Assembly (NCBI RefSeq): GCF_006345805.1
Contig: NC_043012.1
Coordinates: forward strand, 48,794,001 to 48,858,000
Length of the DNA stretch: 64,000 bases
Direction: 5' to 3'
Source of the DNA: Octopus sinensis
Taxonomy: Eukaryota
Shown here: piece by piece, positions 12,646 to 26,860 of the stretch
How the letters are laid out: every line of letters starts with the position of its first letter
Numbering within the stretch: the first letter of the stretch is position 1
Notes under the pieces: generated by a model
What the model saw: the letters and a program-made list of their open reading frames with translations, nothing else
The model's database searches: none
What the model was told of the DNA's origin: nothing
Made by a program: the position numbers and the translations under genes

Positions 12646-14384
12646 ATTTATCCTGCATATTTCAATGAATACCGTTCAAGAAACGAAGGTAAGAATTACT
12701 TAGCAGACGACAACGTCCTGTCAAAAGAAGTTCGCCAACTAGTTTCAGTTCTCGATCAAATTTAGTTCACCTATGTTACTTCGCTCTCTGATTTTTGATT
12801 GTTTCAAATAGAAAGCAATGACGATCAATAAATATTTACACGCCGCTGTATAAGCCTTCTTCTTGAAACTCTTAAACGGACCGAAGAGGCGAGAACGAAG
12901 GCAGTGATATGACAATACATTACACTCTATAAAATAAGGAGATTGAAGTAACTAAACGAATATTAGTAAAACATTCATTTTAACAATTAATTCTTTCGTC
13001 AAAAGCAGACTATGAACTCGGGCATTAACCGACGCATAATCCTTTAATCCATGCAGTGAGATTTTCCCCTTCGTTAATCGTGAAATATAATCTCTTACTT
13101 TACAAAGAGCTGTCAACTTTGATCTCAATTATTAATCATTATGCTTTCGGCTACAGAATGTCTACGCTGGTTACAAAACTTAAACACACCCTTTTACTTG
13201 GTGTAGAATATGGTGAACTTTTACCTCAATATGAACCACAACCTTTATTATAACTTCGATTACATGATTTTTGAATATTTATATCTATATACGAGTTCAA
13301 ATTCTACTGAGATCGAATTTGCTATTCAGGTATTCAGAGGCAATAAAATAAATGTCAGTTGAACACTGCAGTCGATGTGATCGACTACCTCTCTCGCCTA
13401 AACTGGATGGCCTTGTTCCAAAAATTGATACTATTATTAATATCTACGAAGACTAAAGGCAAAATTTCAATCATAATATCATCTTTATAATTCTTGTTAT
13501 AACTCAAACTTTAGCAAGTTCATTTCGCCTGCAATGAAGGGCCAAGCCAGAAATGGTTATTGAATCAATTACTATTTTGCCTCGGACTTAAATTTCTTAT
13601 AGGAATAGTTTTAGTTATGTAGGTGAGATAAATTAATCAATATTATTGATTGAACCGGTTCTAGGTATACCTAAGTATTATCAAACTTCGTTACTGACTT
13701 GTAATCTTGTTCAAATCACTTAACTTGTGACGACAGAAATCACCTTTTTCTAAGTTACTATTGAAGATCAGCCTCAACTTTCCTTAACTAAATAAGTCTA
13801 TGGGCAAAGACATTTCACCCATGACTATCTATGTTGTTTTCAAAAATAGCGTATCGACGAACTCTTTAACTGATATAACCTTCCTTTTTCAAGAGTGTAG
13901 GTATATGTTAAAAACAAGTTGGCATCTATTTCTTGTTGATCTAACGACCACGCAGTAGAAACTACGGCTTGTCCAAGTTGATGCAGACCACAGCAATTAA
14001 CAACCGTAGCTTTTGTAAAAGTGATCAGATTTTATCTTTTTCTGTGAGTAATTTTCGGACTATTAACTCTCCACATGAGGTATAACGATCTTATTTTACA
14101 AATGGAATACTGCATATCGGGCCAGTTAGGATATCTCGTAAAAATAATTTTTAAAATAATGAAGAAATTTATGTCGATTTCATAATATGCTGTAAGACGT
14201 TTGGGTGATCGAGACAAATTTCATCAATTGCAAAGAAACCAAAGGAAACTTCGACTAGCGTGTTATTTGAATTCTGAGGGACAGAGACTATTGGTTGAGG
14301 CACTGTTTCATTTCTATCAGAACCAATTTTCATCTCCGCTGCTATTGTTTTGGAAAATTTATATGTACGTGTGCATGATGCCAG

Positions 14385-14800
14385 CGATCCGGCAGAATCG
14401 TTAGCATGTCAGTCGAAATGCTAGCAGAAACGTTAGCACGTCGAGCCAAATGCTTAGCGGTATTTTGTCTGCCGTTACGTTCTGAGTTCAAATTCCGCCG
14501 AGGTCGACTTTGCCTTTCATCCTTTCGGGGTCGATAAATTAAGTACCAGTTACGCACTGGGGTCGATGTAATCGACTTAATACCTATGTCTGTCCTTGTT
14601 TGTCCCCTCTGTGTTTAGCCCCTTGTGGGTAATAAAGAAATAGGTATTTTGTCTGCCGCTACGTTCTGAGTTCAAATTCCGCCGAGATCGACTTTGCCTT
14701 TCATCCTTAAATAAGTATCAGTTACGCACTGAGGTCGATGTAATCGACTTAATACGTTTGTCCTCTCTGAGTTTAGCCCCTTGTGGGTAGTAAAGAAATA
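14385..14800 (+). mobile_element. Tandem SINE family B copies
   Basis: Duplicated head, a full copy to ~14642, then a headless second copy. Confidence 0.9.
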
Positions 14801-15065
14801 GATATCGACCCCAGAACTTTTTTCTTAAAGCATGGTACTTATTCTCTTTTGCCGAACCGCTGGTTATAGGGGCGTAAACACACTAGCACCCGTTGGGAAG
14901 TGGTGATAGAGGGGATTCAAATACACACACACACACATGTATACGATAAGCTTGTTTTAGTTTCGGTCTACCAAATCCACTCACAAGCTTTAGTCGGTTC
15001 GAGGCTATAGTTGGAGATACTTGCCCAAGGTGCTACGCAGTGGGACTGAACCCGGAACCATGTGG
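14783..15065 (-). mobile_element. SINE family A, truncated
   Basis: ccaaatccactcacaag...gcagtgggactgaacccggaaccatgtgg. Confidence 0.75.
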
Positions 15066-15222
15066 AGGGTCCGGCAAAACGGCTAATTCAACATTGTTTC
15101 GGAATCAAGGATACTGAAACATCAATGGTATGCCTGCATATATACGTATATTATATATGCAGGCATTTTTACCTTGTTTTATCTTTCACGACTCATTTCA
15201 TTTTAGACATTTAAAAATGTTA

Positions 15223-15784
15223 TTGGGTTGTCCGGAAAGTTCGTGCCGATTTATAGTAGCTTACCTTTCGACTTATTTTAGAACATCTTTGAGTCCATAA
15301 AATAGGATTTGACTACACCTCTAATTACAGCACAGTTAAAGCTATCTTTTCGTGGAAGAAGGTATATGTTCCTATAACCTGTGTTAATTCTGTAATCCTT
15401 TAAAATGGAAGATAAGAAAGTTCATTTTCGGCACTTGATGCTTTGGGAACCAGACAAAAATTGCTGCAGGTCGGCTGAGATGTGTTACCCCACCCTCCAT
15501 ATTCACCAGATATTGCTCCTTCGGATTTCCGATTATTCAGGTCTGTGCAGAATAGTCTTAATGGTAAAACTTTCAATTCCTTGGATGACATAAAAAGATA
15601 CCTTGATGAATTCTTTGCCATGAAACCACCTCAATTCTGGGAAGAGGGTATTTTCAAGTTAAAGGAAAGATGGAGACACATTGTGCAACAAAATGGTTCA
15701 TATTTGATTAAAAATGTAATGGCAAGTATTTATTGACCTTTTTCTTTCCTTTAAAAATCGGCACGAACTTCCCGGACAACCCAA
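15223..15784 (+). mobile_element. Internally deleted mariner with intact TIRs and TA target duplication
   Basis: TIRs ttgggttgtccggaaagttcgtgccgattt and aaatcggcacgaacttcccggacaacccaa, each flanked by TA. N-terminus MEDKKVHFRHLMLWE is joined to C-terminus LPHPPYSPDIAPSDFRLFRSVQNSLNGKTF...ERWRHIVQQNGSY; most of the catalytic domain is deleted. Confidence 0.95.
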
Positions 15785-15872
15785 TACCATATACTTTTGC
15801 TAAACGTTCCAAGAAGAAATATTTCCATCATATTTTCCAAAATTTTCTCCTCTCATTACTATTACAGCAAAA

Positions 15873-16700
15873 GGTGGCGAGCTGGCAGAATCGCTAGCAG
15901 GCCGGGCAAAGTGCTTAGCGGCATTTCATCTGACTTTACGTTCTGAGTTCAAATTTCGCCGAGGTGGGCTTTATCTTTCATCCTTTCGGGGTCGTGATCG
16001 ATTAATCCCCTCCCCCAGAATCTCAGGCTTTGTGCCTTCAGTAGAAAGGATTATTATTACAGCTATCAAGGCGGCGAGCTTGCAGAATCGTTAGCACGCC
16101 GAGCGAAATGCTTAGCGGTATTTTGTCTGCCGTTACGTTCTGAGTTCATATTCCACCGAGGTCGACTTAGCCTTTCATCCTTTCGGCGTCTATAAATTAA
16201 GTACTAGTTACGCATTGGGGTCGATGTAATCGACTTAATCCCTTTGTCTGTCCTTGTTTGTCCCCTCTGTGTCTAGTCCTTGTGGGTAATAAAGAAATAA
16301 GAATTGTTAGTAGACCAGATGGAACGTTTAGTGGCATTTTAATCGGCTATACCTTCTGAGTTAAAATTCCGCCGATATTCACTTTGCCTTTCATCCTTAT
16401 GTGATCAATAAAAGCAGTACCAGTTGAACACTAGGGGTCAGCGTAATCGACTTGATCCTCCCCGCTAATTTGGGACATTGTACCTGTAGTAGAAAGCGTA
16501 ATTATAATAGCTACTTCTAAGACGGCAAGCTTTGCGGCATTTCGTCTGTCTGCACGTTCTGAGTTCAAATTCTGTTGAGGTCGACTTTGCCTTTTATCTC
16601 TTCGGGTTCGATAAAATAAGTACCAGTTGAATACTGAGTGCGATGTAATTGACTTAAACCTTCCCTAAAATTGCTGGCCCTGTGCCAAAATTTGAAATTA
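15873..16700 (+). mobile_element. Cluster of four SINE family B copies
   Basis: Copies start at ~15873, 16069, 16320 and 16520 with increasing decay. Confidence 0.85.
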
Positions 16701-16999
16701 TTTGTGTTTGATATTTTAATACAACGAATTATACTGCTGCGCTTTTACACTTAATATATATATATTTGTGCTTTAAGACATTTCGTCACTCCTAGATAGA
16801 TTCTGGCTCTAATTTGCACGAGTGTTATCAAATATGATACCAGTAATCTTCGCGTATTACTCTCTCTCTCTTTATTCCTGTTGATTAATACATCTGTATA
16901 TATTCCCAATACATTGCTTTTATGTAAGATATACTTACTCAGAGCAGTAAGAAGTCCTGGATGCATAATTAGGGAACATATATGGAATACATAAATGCG

Positions 17000-18215
17000 T
17001 GTGTGTGAACATATATTCAAAGATACATACTAATATATACACACACATATGTACATACGCACACACACACATACACACACAAATACACATAGAGACATAA
17101 ATGTATAATTGTCTATGTCTGTATGTGTGTGTGTGTGCGTGTGTGTATATATATATATATATATATAAATATATACATATATACATGCAGCTGTGCGTAT
17201 GTATGTGTGTGTGTACGTGTATATGTATATATGTACATATATATATAGGTAGATACATATGTACGTATATACATACATATATACATACATACATATATAT
17301 ATTAATATACACAATTACATTCATATATTCACACATATTTACACTTACATTTGCACACAAACACACACACACACACTGGCACACACACACGCTTTCACAC
17401 TCGCACTGACACATAGGTGTGTTCATGTGCATAAAAATCATCAAAAATGGCGCAAACCTCACTCCATGAAACATGAATATTTGAACCAGAAAAGAGAAAG
17501 CTGTGAACCTGAAATAAGAAATATCAGACTATCCATTTAAGTGTATTTTTTTTTGGTACATCAAAAAAAGGTCTCAAAGAGAAGATCTTGATGAACCTCA
17601 TTTGTTGTTACTTAACTAAAGGTGTTCAGGTTAGTTAAGGTAAGTAATAACGTACTTTCACACTTTCATACACACACATATCCAGTCATATATAATCGAT
17701 CACAGACACACGCGCGAACACACGTTCACACACTCGCGTTTCATCACACACACTAAAGGAAAGCCGCCGGTGTAAGCGAGGTAAGCATATATTAATACGT
17801 AGCCATGCAAGAACGTACGTACATCATACATACATACATTCATACATGCATGCATACTTACGCACACATAGATACATACAGACATGCATGCATACAGACG
17901 CACAGACATACATACACACAGCCTTAATACATACATGAATGCATAGATACATACATACATACATACATACATACATGCATGCATGCATACGTATATACCC
18001 ACATTCATAAATACATACATACATGCATGCATGCATACATGCATACACACATTCATACATACATGCATGCATGCATACATGCATACATACATACACACAT
18101 TCATACATACATACATGCATACACACATTCATACATACATACACACACATACATACATACACACATTCATACATACATGCATACATACATACATACATAC
18201 ATACACACATACACG
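17000..18215. repeat. Compound (CA)/(TA)/(CATA)n microsatellites
   Basis: Tracts at ~17000-17410 and ~17820-18215. Confidence 0.9.
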
Positions 18216-18402
18216 GTGGCTGCCCCCTCGTTATCGAGTATGGCCATTGCACGAAGCTTAATCAATGTTGTTATCGTGCAATGCCTGTGCAAGAAGATTT
18301 TTTTTAAAGTGAGGAAAGGCTGTGCACTGAATCACTCCCACGCACTAAGCAACAGCAGCCATAATCCGAAAAGAAGAACAAGTCAACATAATCGGTAACC
18401 AC

Positions 18403-18710
18403 TGAGCCGCAGGTTTTATGTCGGAGTTATCCCAGTTACCTGAGTTACCTTCTCCTAGAAGGATGCCCTGACAAAGGCTAGGAGTCCTTCACTCCCAATG
18501 GTTTAACCGGGCGATCGGATATTCAGTCCGATTATTTCTATGTCTCCGCGCATGATACAGCCTTAAGACATTTTTTGGATGGCCGTTGACTCTCAAGAGT
18601 TCCTCCGCTCTTTAACGGGTTTTGTTTTTCATCCTGCAGGGTGTCCAATAAACACCCTCCTCACCAAGCAAGCTTGGTGGTGTTGCCAGGTTAGTCGCCG
18701 ACGACCCGCG
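18403..18710 (-). mobile_element. Structured LINE 5'-UTR-like fragment (RTE-like)
   Basis: GC-richer island with stacked hairpins (gtcg-tcgg-cgac, caccaag-cttg-cttggtg, gggtgt...acaccc) and a ctaggagaaggtaactc...aaaacctgcggctc motif that I recall from RTE-clade 5' UTRs; no ORF. Confidence 0.45.
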
Positions 18711-18852
18711 AGAGCGAGCAGGTGCGTGAAATGCTGATGCAAGAGAGAAAAGAGACATGTTGACAAATTGAATGATATATAAGATAACATAAATATGGTG
18801 TGTCTTAATGATGTATATCGGAAGATGGAGTCACACAAACACACACACACTC

Positions 18853-18888
<36 letters not shown>

Positions 18889-19274
18889 GTCAGCTATGTA
18901 TTTTACATACGGCACACTCACTCTTCGGCTTTCGGCTGGAGATGTTTGCTCCTCTGTCTCCAGTGGTGCTTAGACTGCGACGATGCTAACAAGAAATGTT
19001 AGGGGCTCTCTTTAGGCCCGCACTCTGGCGAGCTTTTGTTGCTGCCACATTCATCCTCCGACCATCGCACCAAACTGAGTGCAGCTGTAACCACTCCAAC
19101 CACCCTGCAACTGTTTTCGTGTTGCTCTCACTTTTGATCTTTTTTTCTGTTATTAGTCTAAAGTTCTCTTGTTTTTTTTTTGCTTCTATCTCTAGTTAAC
19201 AGCTCACACACTACTCGACTATCCAGTCTAGGAAGGCTTATGTCGAGCAGATATACCGCAGCCACATCTCTATC

Positions 19275-19870
19275 TATACATACATACATACATACGTACA
19301 TACATACATACATACATACATACATACATACACACATACATACATACATACATACGTGCATACATAAATACATACATACATACATACATACATACATACA
19401 TACACGCATACATACACACATTCATAAATACATACATACATACATACATACGTGCATACATACATACATACATACATATATGTGTGTGTGTTTGTGTATG
19501 TGTGTATGTTATTATGTATGTATGTATGTATATGTAGGTATGTATGTATATGTATGTATATTTATATGTATGTATATATGTATATATATATATGTATATA
19601 TATATGTATGTATATATATATTTATGTATATATATATATGTATATATGTATGTATATATATGTATATATATGTATGTATATATATCTATATATTATGTCA
19701 GGTCACTTTCGAGTGCTACTAGTAACATGTAACCCAGTACACACATACATACACACATACATACATACACACATATATATACATACATACGTACATTCAT
19801 ACATACATACATACATACATTCATACATACATACGTACATACAAGCGCACAAACATGAATAGATGTTTAC
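19275..19870. repeat. (CATA)n/(TATG)n/(TA)n microsatellite
   Basis: Direct reading. Confidence 0.95.
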
Positions 19871-19910
19871 ATGTCGGAGTCTATATATACTAACATATAT
19901 CATACATACG

Positions 19911-20190
19911 TACTGGCACTCCGTCGGTTACGACGACGCGGGTCCCAGCTGATCCGATCAACGGAACAGCTTGCCTGTGAAATTAACGTGCAAGTGGCTG
20001 AGCACTCCTCAGACATGCGTACCCTTAACGTAGTTCACTGTAAAATTCAGCGTAACACAGAATGTGAAAAGGCCGGCTCTAGAGCAACGTGAAATAAAGT
20101 GTCTTGCTCAAGGACACAACGAGTCGCCGGTAATTGAACTCACGACTTTACAATCGTGAGTCGAATGCCCTAACCACTAAGCCACGCGCC
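19911..20190 (-). mobile_element. SINE family C
   Basis: Ends ccctaaccactaagccacgcgcc (reverse tRNA-like head); body matches 8735-9050. Confidence 0.8.
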
Positions 20191-20329
20191 GTCACTTAAA
20201 TGCAAACATACGTACGATGCATACGTATATCATAAATACATGCATACATACACACACACACACACACATACACACACACATATATATATATATACATATA
20301 CACAAGCACGCACAAATACATGCATATAA

Positions 20330-20369
<40 letters not shown>

Positions 20370-21393
20370 TCTTGGTACACGCACACATATAATTATGTAT
20401 ATGCGCAGGCACGGCCTTTATGTCTTTCTAATAATCGTGGCAGTCCTGGATCGCGCGCGCGTGTGCCTGCCTGTGAAAGAATGGGTGTGTCGTGGCTGGG
20501 AGACTTTGTGTGCATGAGGACAAACAGACCTAAACATATGCCAAGTCTATGTCTTGCCTACAAAGACACAGACATTTCTCGATGCATGTAAAAACTGTAG
20601 TTTACCAACTTTGAACTTCTACTAAGTTTTATAATACAAACTTTGTTGTACTGAAATAATCATTATTCAATCACGACACTAATGAAACTCGGAGTTAGAA
20701 TTTGTCACTGTATCGCAGTCAAGTTCCGCATTGTTAGATATATATATATATAAGTTGATTCAATGATCAGAGAAATGAAGGTTCCTTGTCATCTGATGAG
20801 CAATCGTAAAATACTGAAACATGGGATTAGGCGAAGAACTCCAGTACAAGTACTCCGAGTTTTCAGCCACGATCGTTGTTGAATTGGCTTACAAAAATAA
20901 CAGCATGGAAAAGAAATACACAAAATACCAGCAGAAAGTTATGTATGGGTATATATTCTGAAAGCCAGAGGATACAAGTCCTAGTGACAGAAACAGTAAC
21001 CTCTCCTGGACTGGTAATAAATATATCACATATCACTTAGAAGCTATATCTTTCTTTTTCGGGGCTCTTGACTGCCCGTGATACTTTTGTATCGTAAGCA
21101 TAGCTGGTGTAAGTGGCTAACTGCATGACTGAAGACACTTCGGTGAAACGAACTACAAACAGTAGTGGCCTTCGTACGGTTCCCTAAGGGACTCCGCTAA
21201 GAATTGATGTCCCCTCAGAGAGAGCACCATTGACAGCAACTTTCTGACTCCTACCTTTCACACAATCATGCAGCCATCTGCTCGCCTAATTTTCCAACAA
21301 CACCAAGGTCACGCAATTTGTGACATGGTTTCGCGATCCTTTATCGAAAATCGAGATGTTTCATGGTCATTTTTAAATGTGAAAATTAATAAA

Positions 21394-21644
21394 AAATGCA
21401 CCCTTTTAAAGCCTAGCTAGGGCTCATGGGCCCGATTTCCCGGTTTCAATGGCGTATGTGTTCCCCAGCTGGACGGGACGCTAGTCCATCGCAGCCTTAC
21501 TCATTTTTGCCAGCTGAGTGGACTGGAGCAACGTGAAATGAAGTGTTTTGCTCAAGAACACAACGCGTCGCTCGGTCCAGGAATCGAAACCACAATCTTA
21601 CGATCATAATGCTGACTCCCTAACCACTAAGCCACGCGCCTCCA
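21394..21644 (-). mobile_element. SINE family D (C-type head, central gcgatggactagcgtcccgtccag domain)
   Basis: Head shared with family C; tail shared with 30064-30358. Confidence 0.85.
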
Positions 21645-21664
21645 CTATTTTTAAATGTACTCAG

Positions 21665-22330
21665 TCATAATGCTGTAGTTGCTCTGTGAGGCAATTCCTT
21701 CCTGTCATCGCTGACACATGAGATATGCCTGTGATTTTTAGCAACAGCCCTGCTTCTTCCTTTATGGATAGAGCATATTACACCTTCGTTTAACTGTTTA
21801 AAGAAATTTGCCACATGCATGGAAGTTCTGGATAAAGTATTTACAGTGGTGTTGTTAGAGATTTCTTGTGTTTCTTTAAAAGAATAACTAGAAAAACCAT
21901 CAGGGCCTATTGCTAACAGCAAGTTCATTTCATCAACGACCGATATTACATCCTCCTTTTTTTTTTTATAAAGATGTAATCGATGACTGCCTGTCCCTTG
22001 TGCTGTTCTGCTGTGTTGAAAAACTCATCATACTTATATATTTACATACCTCTCAACGGAAAGATGAAAACACCTTGGAATTGTTTATTTCGTATTTCAC
22101 TTCTCCTTATAATGTTTGGAATCAGTAAGCAGTTTTTCTTCGCAGAGTGACCCTAACTTGTAAGGCTACAGAGTAGATTATTTGCAAAATTTTTTGAAGG
22201 GTTTTAGGATTCGTTTTTGTATTTTTGATTGCTTCGGCTTCTCTTTCTTCTCTTTCTTTCCCATTGGTGAAATTGAGTTTATTTTGGGGTTTCTGAAAGC
22301 AGGGTTTTGGGCTGGGATTTCCCGCTGTCA
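21665..22330 (-). pseudogene. Decayed CR1/L2-like LINE ORF2 fragment
   Basis: Minus translation EREAEAIKNTKTNPK (22130-22330) then AIGPDG...VICSIHKGRSRAVAKNHRHIS (21665-21910), the GPDG and PIxKxGxRxxxxNYRPIS motifs at the start of the RT domain. Confidence 0.7.
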
Positions 22331-22605
22331 TTAAGTTATTTATTTAAACGATTTAAGATTTTTACTCTTCGTCTCTCTTACTCAAACACAAGCACACATG
22401 CACGCCCCAACAAATATATGCATATGCAATGATTAGTACATACCCATACGCACATATAGAGCGTATATATGTATATATATTATATATATTATATATATAT
22501 ATATATACACACACACATATATACATGTGTGTATATGTATGTGTAGGTATTCATATAGATTTTAAATCACACACACACTCTTTCTCTTTATATATATATA
22601 TATAT

Positions 22606-22643
<38 letters not shown>

Positions 22644-22889
22644 CAAACGGAAATTTCCGTAGGATGTCGTTATACTGTTAGTTCAATTTATAGCAATGGA
22701 GCGCACCTGGTGGTTACGCCATAAGGCCATCATTTAAACGGGTAATTTACAATGAAAATTGAAGGTACCCATCATGTTCTTTAGCCTATCGCATGCATTC
22801 ATCATGTAGGATAATTTATTTCACCTTACTGTTCTAAATACTTCACGTTAATTGTGTTCGGAAGTACAGTGCGGTTTAAAGAGTGTGCT

Positions 22890-22963
22890 GTGTGTGTATA
22901 CATACATACATTAAAACATACATACATACATACATACATCTATAAAATACGCATATATGTATG

Positions 22964-22999
<36 letters not shown>

Positions 23000-23079
23000 A
23001 TATATATACAAATAAATATATATATATATATATATATACAAAAATATAAAAATATATATAAATATGTATATAAATAAAG

Positions 23080-23117
<38 letters not shown>

Positions 23118-23453
23118 TACATACATGTATATATACATATAAATATATATGAAAATATATATAAATTCTGCTTACATGCATATAAGCATACATCCATAGA
23201 CACACACTCATACACACACACCATAAACCCATACATACATCATCATCTCAGTGACTTTCTCACTCCTCCCCTATCTCTCTCTATATATATATATATGTAT
23301 ATATCTATATATATATGTGTGTGTGTATATATATATATATGTATATATAACTCTATATATATATATGTGTGTATATATATATGTATATATCTATATATAT
23401 ATATGTGTGTAATATATACATATATGTATATATATCTATATATGTGTGATATA

Positions 23454-23493
<40 letters not shown>

Positions 23494-23494
23494 C

Positions 23495-23536
<42 letters not shown>

Positions 23537-23947
23537 TACGTATATATGTATATTATATATTATATATAAAGAGAGAGAGAATTACTGCAATGATGATGAT
23601 GATTATGATGATGACGATGATGACGACGACGACGACAACGACTGTGAACATGATATGATGGTAATTCTTTTCTACTAAAGGTCTGAAATTCTGGTGTTGG
23701 GCCATGGGTTGTTGGTTACATCGACCTCAGTACCTAACTGGTTAAACTAATTTTATGGACCCAGAAATGTTCGATAAATGCAAAGTTTTAACTCGTTGGA
23801 AATTGAACGCAAAACCTAAAGAAGCAGATTAAACTCAGACGGAAGCAATAAACCTGTTAAACCCTTTATAATACACCTAAGTCCTGGTTAGTTACGACTA
23901 AAGCTTTAGTCAGGCAAACCAATGCACCAAGTCTTTTATTATTATTA

Positions 23948-23992
<45 letters not shown>

Positions 23993-24627
23993 TATTATTA
24001 TTATTATTATTATTATTACTGACCGCAGACGGTAACTATTTTTTATATTTGTTTCAGGTCTCCCTTCTCGTTGTGAATGGAAAATATAGTAAGAGGAGAG
24101 GTTGGTTGAGAAACGAGGGTGGAGGGACGAATTCGACCGAGGTTGGGGGTGGGGAGGACAAGGTTGCGGAAATCTCTTTAAATAAATACATTAAAAAAAG
24201 AAAAGAAGAGGAAAAAACTCTAGAAAAATATGGATAAGAACATTGTTGAATACAATAATAATGTTGATGACGAATTTGAGATGATGATGATGATGAGGAG
24301 GAGAGGAGGAGGAAGAGGAGGAAAAGAGTAGTAGTAGTAGGATAGTGGTGATGCTGGCACTAGTGGCGGCGGGTCCGGTTGTAGTGGTGGTGAAGTTGGT
24401 GGTAGTGGTGGTGGTGGTGGTGGTGAAGTTGGTGGTTGTGGTGGTTGTGGTGGTGGTGAAGTTGGTGGTTGTGGTGGTGGTGGTGGTGGTGGTGGTGTTG
24501 CTGCTACTGCTGCTGTTGATGATGATTATGACGATGATAATAACGACAATAACAATAACAACAAGAATAATAGTAACAACAACAACAACAACAATAACAA
24601 TATTAATAATAATAATGACAATAATAA

Positions 24628-24673
<46 letters not shown>

Positions 24674-24680
24674 TTCGATG
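22890..24680. repeat. Compound microsatellite field: (TA)n, (GA)n, (GAT)n, (ATT)n, (GTG)n, (AAT)n
   Basis: Direct reading; short unique spacers in between. Confidence 0.9.
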
Positions 24681-25297
24681 TGGTGAAAAATTGGGAGAAA
24701 GAGACTACAATAACAAATAAATGCAAAAACAAAAAAAAAAAAAACAACACAAAAATACAAAAACAAGAACAATGAGTCGAACCCCTACCCTGCCACCACC
24801 TACCACCCACCCCCATCCTTGCGTCGAAAGCTGATTGCCAATCGAAGCAGACTTCAGTGAAACAATTTCTGCGAGGAACTCTTTAACAGGCTACTAATTC
24901 AACCTAAACATTGCATTGGGTGTATATCTAATAAAGCACCGTTGTTAAGCCTCTTTTGGTCGATTTTTCGTCTAGTGTACGTGTACGTGTAAATGTATGC
25001 GTATGTATATATGAATGCGTCTATGTATGTATGTATGTATGTGCATACACGTGTACGTACGTGTGTGTGTGTGTGTGTGTGTATAACTAACTGTAAGGGT
25101 GAGGTAGAGGAGGCATGCTATTGTAATCGGCACCTCTTTGATGTTTTAATTAATACATGGTCATGAATATTCCGACAGCAAGCTGATCAATGGTGATGAA
25201 GTTTGGTACTCTTTCTGGTAGGTTCGTTGTTGTTGTTGCTTTTCATTGTTGTTCCTTTCTTTATTTCGCTATTGTCTCTGTTTTTTTTTATATATTT

Positions 25298-25343
<46 letters not shown>

Positions 25344-25855
25344 GTTTATTTTTTCATATTTATTTTATTTATTCATTTAGTTATTTATTTATTTCGTGTT
25401 CATAATTATGGGTAGAAATGAAGAGAAAGGATGGGTATGTTTCAGAGTAGGAAAAAGAAGAAAGAAAAAAAAAAACGAAAAAAAAAAGAAAAAAAAAACG
25501 TAAGCGGGTAGGAAGAGGGTACTGTCCGGTAGGGATGGTGGTTTCACTGTAGACTATTGGTTTGGTGGACTCGACAGAGAATACATTTAGAGAGTATGGT
25601 GTTGTTGAATTGTAAGCCGGTTGAGCTAGATTTGGTGATGAAAGTTGTTATGATTAACTTCTCTTGTCTTCCTTTCTGTGTGAGAATGAATATGTCCGAG
25701 TTTGTATTCATATACGCATATATCCACACAGAAGCACGCAATAATAATGATAATAATGATAATAATAACAACAACAACAATAACAACAACAACAACGAAG
25801 TGAAACATTACAAAAACTCATGGTACATACACATAGATATATATATATGGTACAC

Positions 25856-25890
<35 letters not shown>

Positions 25891-25892
25891 GC

Positions 25893-25994
<102 letters not shown>

Positions 25995-26003
25995 ATATAT
26001 ATA

Positions 26004-26620
26004 CGTGTGTTAGTGTGATTGTTTAAGCATGTGTGTGCATTAAACAAATATTTTTTTATATATTTCCACTAGGTGAATGTATGTTTCTGGCACACAATCA
26101 CATAAAGATATATATACATACATATGTTACTTTCATCAGCAGGCACAGAACGAACTGCATTAAAAATAGTTACTAGTTTCATATAAGCTGAAAGTTTCCA
26201 TGAACTAGAACCCACAATAAGTATTGAACAGTCGAAATGCTTCGTTTTCAGATGCCACTTTGGGTGTACTTATTTGCAGTAAAGAGCTAGACAGTTCGAA
26301 TATAATTTTAAATATCAGATAGCAGTTATTAGAATAATAATAAAAATAAATATTTCTCAATTACAACGAAAGTCTTTTAGTGCGAAGTTCACCATAGTGT
26401 CTATGATTAGAATATAATATCGAATTACATCCACTCCAAGGCTATAATAGAAAATATGAAATAACGTAAATGAGATAACACATGAATATAAATCAAAGCA
26501 TATATTAAAATAAATACATACAGATTTTTATATATTTCTTCTTTTACATAAATCTGTTTCTAACAATCATATGCGCGAGTATACGTATGTGTATGTGTAT
26601 TTATATATATATACTATATA

Positions 26621-26691
<71 letters not shown>

Positions 26692-26789
26692 ATATGTATG
26701 TATGTATATATGTATGTATGTATATATATATGTATGTATATATGTATGTATGTATATATATATATGTATGTATGTATATATAGATGTAC

Positions 26790-26860
<71 letters not shown>

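Noticed and set aside
19000-19272. Possible LINE 5' UTR and ORF1 start (LTHYSTIQSRKAYVEQIYRS)
   Set aside because: Only a vague recollection of similarity; too short to support.
20792-20822. CTGATGA followed by GAAA (another CTGATGA at 36230)
   Set aside because: No stem II between the core halves at 20792; no GAAA follows the core at 36230.
24058-24088. Small exon candidates at 24058-24088 (+), 2775-2820 (+), 43768-43790 (-) and ~17450-17505 (-)
   Set aside because: Splice-like signals only, on both strands, with no recognisable protein; expected by chance at this frequency.
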